From positions 1,364,001 through 1,428,000 of the forward strand of contig NZ_CP134949.1 of the NCBI RefSeq assembly GCF_032116555.1: 64,000 bases of DNA, in the 5' to 3' direction. The stretch is from Halorarum halobium (lineage in GTDB: Archaea; Halobacteriota; Halobacteria; Halobacteriales; Haloferacaceae). The notes beneath the pieces were generated by a model. It searched no databases and was not told the DNA's origin. It saw only the letters and a program-made list of their open reading frames with translations. Shown piece by piece: positions 58,323 to 64,000 of this stretch; position 1 is the first letter of the stretch; the number at the start of each line of letters is the position of its first letter. The translations under genes were made by a program, and so were the position numbers.

Positions 58323-59447
58323 ATGTTCCCGCCGCTTCCGTACCTGGAGTGGATCGAGGGCCGTCCGGCCGCCGCCCGCCACGATCTCGCGTCGAGCGAC
58401 CTCCGTCCGAACCCGTCCGGGTCGCCGCCGGCGCTCGTGCCCGGGCGGCTCGCCGACCTGCCGGACCCGGACGGCGGGACGACGCTCCGCGAGTACGTCG
58501 CCGCCGAGTACGACGTGTCGCCGTCGCGGGTCGTGCTCGCGGCCGGCGCGACCCACGCGAACTTCCTCGCGGTCGCAACGGCGGGCGCGCTGGCGGCAGA
58601 GCGCGACGACGCGGCGGACCCGACGCTTCGCGCGGTCGTCGAGACCCCCGGCTACGGGCCGCTGGTCGAGACGCCGCGGGCGCTTGGCATCCGGACCGAC
58701 CGCTTCCGCAGGCCGCTCCCCGACGCGACGCTCGACCCCTCGCGCGCGGCCTCCGCCATCGAGGAACCGGGCCTGGAGCGCCGGTTCACCCACCTGACGG
58801 TCACGAACCGTCACAACCCGACGGGGGTGCTGGCGAGCCGCACGGACCTCCAACGGCTCGCCACGATCGCCCGCGGGAACGACGGCTACCTCCTCGTGGA
58901 CGAGGTGTACGCGCCCTACGTCGCCGAGTCGACCGGCGACCGCGGGTTCGGCGGGCCGACGGCGGCGGGACTGGACGGGGCCGTCACCGTCGGCTCGCTG
59001 ACCAAGTTCCACGGCCTCGGTGGCCTCCGCGTCGGCTGGCTCGTCGCGCCCGAACGGTTCGCGCGACGGGCCGAAGCGGTTCGTAACCACGTCCCGGCGC
59101 TCGCGGACCCGAGCGTCGCGCTCGCGCGGCGGTTCTTCTCGAACCGGGACGCGGCCGTCGCCGACGCCCGGGACCACTGCGCGGCGAACCACGACCTGCT
59201 GGCGGAGTTCGTCGCCGGGCGGTCGGACCTCTCGGGCCCGGTTCCGGACGGCAGTTCCTTCGCGTTCCTCTCCCACGAGTCGGCCGACGGCGACGACGTC
59301 GCCGAGGCCGCCTGGGGGGCGGGCGTGCTGGTCGTTCCGGGCCGGTTCTTCGGCGAGCGCGGCGGCTTCCGCGTCTCGCTCGGCGGCGGTGAGGAGGCGT
59401 CCGCGGCCGCGCTCTCGGCGCTTGGATCAGTGCTCGACGGGTTCTGA
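58323..59447 (+). CDS. PLP-dependent aminotransferase class I/II
   Basis: HNPTG, DEVY, GSLTKFHGLGGLRVGW. Confidence 0.88.
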   Translation: MFPPLPYLEWIEGRPAAARHDLASSDLRPNPSGSPPALVPGRLADLPDPDGGTTLREYVAAEYDVSPSRVVLAAGATHANFLAVATAGALAAERDDAADPTLRAVVETPGYGPLVETPRALGIRTDRFRRPLPDATLDPSRAASAIEEPGLERRFTHLTVTNRHNPTGVLASRTDLQRLATIARGNDGYLLVDEVYAPYVAESTGDRGFGGPTAAGLDGAVTVGSLTKFHGLGGLRVGWLVAPERFARRAEAVRNHVPALADPSVALARRFFSNRDAAVADARDHCAANHDLLAEFVAGRSDLSGPVPDGSSFAFLSHESADGDDVAEAAWGAGVLVVPGRFFGERGGFRVSLGGGEEASAAALSALGSVLDGF

Positions 59448-59726
59448 GTCGGCGGGGTTCCGTCCCGCGATCTCGGTACGCTCCTCGCCCTCGGTCCGAT
59501 CCCCGTCGGTCGGCTCTTCGTCATCGGCTCGCTCCGCTCCGTCGTCGGATTCGCGGAAGCCGCGGGCGAAGGAGAAGCCGGCAACGAGCGCGAGCACGCC
59601 GACCGCGCCGACCGCGATCCAGCCGAGACTGGTCGCCAGCGGAACGCCGTCGAAGCCGCCGATGGCGGCGAAGATCCCGACGACGGTGAGGTAGCCGGCG
59701 ACGGGCAGCGCGAGCAGGCGGTTCAT
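59427..59726 (-). CDS. Small membrane protein
   Basis: Two hydrophobic segments plus an acidic tail. Confidence 0.55.
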   Translation of the reverse strand: MNRLLALPVAGYLTVVGIFAAIGGFDGVPLATSLGWIAVGAVGVLALVAGFSFARGFRESDDGAERADDEEPTDGDRTEGEERTEIAGRNPADSEPVEH

Positions 59727-59998
59727 GCCTTCGGGTTCGTCGGGGCGGGCTTAACGGTTGCTCGTGTTGGTGGTCAGTTCCGTTGACTGATGGGGTATCC
59801 TCGTTGGCACCGGTGTCGTGATTCAGGTTCTTCGTTCAGAGTGGGGGTGAACTTTCTGTTCGATACAGCAGACCTACTTACCGTCCCGTCTTCCCTTCGG
59901 GTGAACGCTAGGTGCAGGTCAGATACGAAGCTCTTCTATTGAATTCGTCTCGGCAGCCAAACTTTATTACCAAATTCGGGCTTACAAGGAGTAATCTG

Positions 59999-60544
59999 AT
60001 GATTTCAGGCCTTTCCGGCACAGAAGTTTCATCTGTAGTGTTAGCAGCTTTGATTGCCCTGTTTCCTATTCTCTACCCGAAATATTCTTTATTCATCAAA
60101 GAGGCACGCATTGGTATCGAATCGTTGAGAGACTGGGACGAAACGGGGATCCAAAACGACCAAAATAACAGAGTCCAAAAGCAAAGCTATCTGGAGCCGG
60201 GCGATACTGGATTTTCGCAAATCGAAGCTGCTCTTGATGACCGGATCCCTCCAAATCGAACAATTAAGCGATTTATACAGATACATTCTGACAAACCCGA
60301 TAGTCGAGGGGGTATTGCTTTTGGAGGGGGCAGCGTTAGAAGCATTGAGCAAGCCGTATTTTTAGCGGAATTTGAAAATGATGACTCCCAAATACTGCTA
60401 CAAAGACCGTTCGAGATCGAGAGCATTCTCGAACTTGACGAGTTAGAGCAAATTGTACGGAACCAAGCAAAAGCGAGAGCGCATCAGTGGACAGTCTTTC
60501 TGGTATTAGTTTGGACAGGTATCTCGATAATATCCACAACATAG
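59999..60544 (+). CDS. AT-rich hypothetical protein with N- and C-terminal TM segments
   Basis: ATG 59999 preceded by aactttatta at about 59960-59969; atypical codon usage. Confidence 0.65.
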   Translation: MISGLSGTEVSSVVLAALIALFPILYPKYSLFIKEARIGIESLRDWDETGIQNDQNNRVQKQSYLEPGDTGFSQIEAALDDRIPPNRTIKRFIQIHSDKPDSRGGIAFGGGSVRSIEQAVFLAEFENDDSQILLQRPFEIESILELDELEQIVRNQAKARAHQWTVFLVLVWTGISIISTT

Positions 60545-60732
60545 CTCTCAAATTAGATTAGTGATGGTTCCGAGCCAGAACAGGATAATTTGACCACCGG
60601 TTCAACGATAAAGCACTGTAACTTCGCAGTTCAACACACCGATTCGCCCGCTTCCTCCTCTCAACCCCGAACTGTTCCGAGGACCCGCGCCGGCAGCGAC
60701 CCGGACGGATGGACGTCGAAACGCGCTAGACC

Positions 60733-63700
60733 CTACTCGTCAGCGAGCGCGTCGGCGAGCTTCTCGACCGGGTGTGGCGGCTCCTCGGCACCGTCCCGAT
60801 CTTCTAGCTGGGAGCGACACGACGCGCCGGGCGCGACGACGGTGTCGCCGCGGCTCCCCTCGACCTGGTCGTAGAGGATGCCCGCGACGGCCTTGCTCAT
60901 CGAGTAGTGTTCGGCCTCGTAGCCGAAGCTGCCGGCCATGCCACAGCAGGTCGAGTCCAGCGGGTCGACGTCGTAGCCGGCCCGCCGGAGCACGCCCACC
61001 GCGTGGTGGTCCTTCTTGGTCGCCTTCTGGTGGCAGTGGCCGTGGTAGGTGAGCGACTCGTCGGCCGCGCCACCGCCTCGCCCGCGCTCGTCGCCGCCGT
61101 CGTCGCCGTCCCGTCCGAACGCCATCGCCTCGTCGAGCCGGAACGCGTCGACGTACTCCATCACGCCGTACGTGTTGTTCGCGACGAGCGCCGCGTCCTC
61201 GTCGGGGGCGACGACCTCGTCGCCGGTCGGGTCCGGGTCCTCGACCACCTCGCCCCTGAAGTCCAGCATGTCCGACTGGAGCATCACCGCCTCCGAGGGC
61301 TCCACGACGACCACGTCGCGCCCCTCCCTGATCCGCGGCGCGAGGTCGGCGACCGCCTCGTCCAGGTGCTCGCGGGCGCGGTCGAGGAAGCCGAGCGAGT
61401 GCGCGGGTCGACCGGTGTCCTCGACGTCCGCGAGTTCGACGCGAACGCCCGCGGCCTCCAACGCTCGGACGGCGGCCTTGCCCGCGTCCGGGTGGTTGTA
61501 GTTCGTGTACGTGTCGGGCAGCAGGACGGCGACCCGGTCCGCGTCGGCCTCGGGGATGGCCGGCCCGCCGCGCGACGCGAACCAGTCGCGCAGCGTCTCG
61601 CGGTGGAACGTCGGGAGGTCGCGCTCGCGGGCGATGCCCAGCGCGTGTTCGGTCACCACGTCCGCGCCGGGGAGGTCGCTCGCCCAGTTCGAGACCGGCG
61701 CGAGCGCCGAGCCGAGTTTGCTCAGGGTGTTCACCTCGGCGAACAGGCGCTCGCGGAGGCTCGCCCCCTCGCGCTCGTGGTGCTCGTGGACGACCTCGGC
61801 CTTCAGCTTCGCCAGGTCGACCCCGCTCGGGCAGTTCACCTTACAGCCCTTGCAGCCGACACAGAGGTCAAGCACCTCCTCGCGGAACTCGTCGGTGAAC
61901 GGGTCGCCCGGCAGGTCGCCCGAGAACGACTGACGGAGCAGGTTCGCTCGCCCGCGCGTGGACTGGATTTCCTCGTTCGCGGCGCGGAACGTCGGGCACA
62001 TCACGCCCCCGGTCGTGGACTGCTTGCCGCGACAGCCGCCACAGCCGTGACAGAGTTCGGCCATGCCCGCGAAGCCGTTCTCGTTCCGCCAGTTCAGTTC
62101 GGGTTCGAAGCCCGCGTCGAAGTCGTAGGCCGAGTCGAACCGGAGGTTCTCCGTCAGGTCGGCGTCGCCACAGACGTTCCCGGGGTTCAACAACCAGTCC
62201 GGGTCGAACGCGGTCTTGAGCGACCGGAACGTCTCCCAGAGCTCGTCGCCGTACAGCTTCCGGTTCCACTGGGTTCGCGCCCGGCCGTCGCCGTGCTCGC
62301 CCGACACCGACCCGCCGAACTCGACGACCAGATCCGTCGCGCGGTCCGCGATGTCGTACATCGTCTCGCGGTCGTCCACGTCCTTCGTGTTGACCAGCGG
62401 CCTGACGTGGAGCACGCCCGGCCCCGCGTGGGCGTAGAAGGCGGCGAACGTGTCGTTGTCCGCGAGGATCTCCTCGAAGCCGGCGACGTACTCCGCGAGG
62501 TGCTCGGGCGGCACCGCACAGTCCTCGATGTACGAGATGTGCTTGGCGTCGGAGGTGCGGCTGAGGAGGATCGGCATGCCGGCCTTGCGCATCTTCCAGA
62601 ACGTCGCCCGCCGGTCGGCGTCGTGGGCTTCGAGGGCGGCCTCGGCGCGGACCGGCGCGTCGGCCTCGACCCGTCCCTCGGTCGGATCCGCATCCGTCTC
62701 CGTTCCCGGAACGCGGTCGGCGACCAGATCCGCGACCTTCCCGCGCCCCTCCGCGTCGTCCCCGGCGTAGAACTCGACGAGCAGCACGGAGTCGGTCCCC
62801 TCCGGGAGCAGATCCACGACCGGGCCGAACTCCGCCGTCTCGCGGGCGAGTCCGAGGAACACGTCGTCCATCACCTCGACCGCGGCCGGGTCGTGTTCGA
62901 GGATGGGGCCGACGTCCTCCATCGCGTCCGCGAGCGACGAGTAGGTGAGCAGCGCGACCGCCTTCGTCTCGGGCACGGGGACGAGCGACACCTCGACCTC
63001 GGTGACGACCGCGAGCGTCCCCTCGCTGCCGGCCATGAGCCGGCCGAGGTTGACCACGTCCGCCTCACCCCGCTCGCCGTTCGCCTCCTCGACGAGCACG
63101 TCCAGGTTGTACCCCGACACGTTCCGCTTCATGTCCGGGAACCGCTCCTCGACGGCGTCGGCGTCCTCCTCGAGGATCCGGACGACCTCGGCGTAGATCC
63201 GTTCGCGGACGCTCCCGTCCGGGTCGCCCGCCTCGCGCATCGTCTCGACCGCGACGTCGCCGAACGTCTCGACGCTCCCGTCGGCGAGCACCACCTCGCA
63301 TTCCTCGACGTACGCGTCCGTCTTCCCGTACTTCAGCGAGTGTGACCCGGTGGAGTTGTTGCCGACCGCGCCGCCCATCGCCGACTTGTCGCGCCAGGCG
63401 GGGTCCGGCGCGAACTTCAGGCCGTCGGGCGCGAGCGCCTCGTTCAGATCGCCGAGGATGCACCCCGCCTGGACCCGCGCGCGACGGGCGTCCGCGTCCG
63501 TCCCGAGGATGCCGTCCATGTATCTGGTGAAATCCAGCACGACCGCCTCGTTCACCGTCTGGCCCGCGAGCGAGGTGCCGCCCCCGCGCGGCAACACCGG
63601 AATCCCCTCGTCCGCGCAGTAGCCCATCACCGCGGCGACGTCCCCGGTCGAGCGGGGGAGCACGACGCCGATCGGCGTCACCTCGTAGGCCGACGCGTCC

Positions 63701-63864
63701 GTCGCGTACAGCTGTCTGGAGTAGGTGTCGAAGCGGACGTCGCCCTCGACGCGCGTCTCCAGGGCGGCAACCAGGTCCGGTCGGGCGACCTCCTCGGAGG
63801 TGAAGTCGTAGTCCGCCCCCTCCAGCGCCGGATCGCCGGAGGGAGTCGGTGCGTCGGAACTCAT
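60733..63864 (-). CDS. FAD-linked oxidase with Fe-S domains (GlcD/D-lactate dehydrogenase-like fusion)
   Basis: PRGGGTSLAGQ, GSEGTL, SGEHGDG, CxxCxxC clusters, HGHCHQ, CCGMAGSFG. Confidence 0.92.
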   Translation of the reverse strand: MSSDAPTPSGDPALEGADYDFTSEEVARPDLVAALETRVEGDVRFDTYSRQLYATDASAYEVTPIGVVLPRSTGDVAAVMGYCADEGIPVLPRGGGTSLAGQTVNEAVVLDFTRYMDGILGTDADARRARVQAGCILGDLNEALAPDGLKFAPDPAWRDKSAMGGAVGNNSTGSHSLKYGKTDAYVEECEVVLADGSVETFGDVAVETMREAGDPDGSVRERIYAEVVRILEEDADAVEERFPDMKRNVSGYNLDVLVEEANGERGEADVVNLGRLMAGSEGTLAVVTEVEVSLVPVPETKAVALLTYSSLADAMEDVGPILEHDPAAVEVMDDVFLGLARETAEFGPVVDLLPEGTDSVLLVEFYAGDDAEGRGKVADLVADRVPGTETDADPTEGRVEADAPVRAEAALEAHDADRRATFWKMRKAGMPILLSRTSDAKHISYIEDCAVPPEHLAEYVAGFEEILADNDTFAAFYAHAGPGVLHVRPLVNTKDVDDRETMYDIADRATDLVVEFGGSVSGEHGDGRARTQWNRKLYGDELWETFRSLKTAFDPDWLLNPGNVCGDADLTENLRFDSAYDFDAGFEPELNWRNENGFAGMAELCHGCGGCRGKQSTTGGVMCPTFRAANEEIQSTRGRANLLRQSFSGDLPGDPFTDEFREEVLDLCVGCKGCKVNCPSGVDLAKLKAEVVHEHHEREGASLRERLFAEVNTLSKLGSALAPVSNWASDLPGADVVTEHALGIARERDLPTFHRETLRDWFASRGGPAIPEADADRVAVLLPDTYTNYNHPDAGKAAVRALEAAGVRVELADVEDTGRPAHSLGFLDRAREHLDEAVADLAPRIREGRDVVVVEPSEAVMLQSDMLDFRGEVVEDPDPTGDEVVAPDEDAALVANNTYGVMEYVDAFRLDEAMAFGRDGDDGGDERGRGGGAADESLTYHGHCHQKATKKDHHAVGVLRRAGYDVDPLDSTCCGMAGSFGYEAEHYSMSKAVAGILYDQVEGSRGDTVVAPGASCRSQLEDRDGAEEPPHPVEKLADALADE

Positions 63865-64000
63865 TGTCGGTGGTGTGGGTCCGAGTCGCATAAGCCCGGT
63901 GAACGCGGCGACGCTGGGTGGCCGTGCGCGGACGAGCGGGAGCGCCTACGGAAGGCGGCAGATGACACGCGTTAACGCAACACACAAGCGCCGTCGGCCG

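Overview
GC-rich haloarchaeal (Halobacteria) chromosomal window, judged from acidic proteins, leaderless genes with a TATA-like box about 25-30 nt upstream, and archaeal-type Mat, GluRS and proteasome subunits. It is mostly housekeeping: mat, cysK, mmsA, gltX, trmJ, folP-mptE, thyA-folA, photolyase, sod, sdhCDBA, a fused beta-oxidation enzyme, dgoD, branched-chain amino-acid and sugar ABC transporters, msrA, a DUF1998 helicase, ogt and tRNA-Thr(UGU). I found no CRISPR array, transposase or integrase. The observations most worth following up are: (1) two intergenic stem-closed G-rich elements sharing CGGGTAGGGG, one with its own TATA box and a canonical G-quadruplex pattern between folP and mptE; (2) a modular palindromic repeat family with nested GTTC...GAAC twin-hairpin cassettes; (3) a RimK ligase fused to a retropepsin-like protease, divergent from an M14 deacylase, which may be a glutamylation writer/eraser module; (4) a tRNA-Thr with a non-canonical G8/G14/C21 core; (5) a short-propeptide proteasome beta paralog; (6) a 28-aa membrane microprotein, a frameshifted M50 peptidase and an AT-rich single-gene islet. 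All family assignments come from motif recognition by eye; no searches were run.
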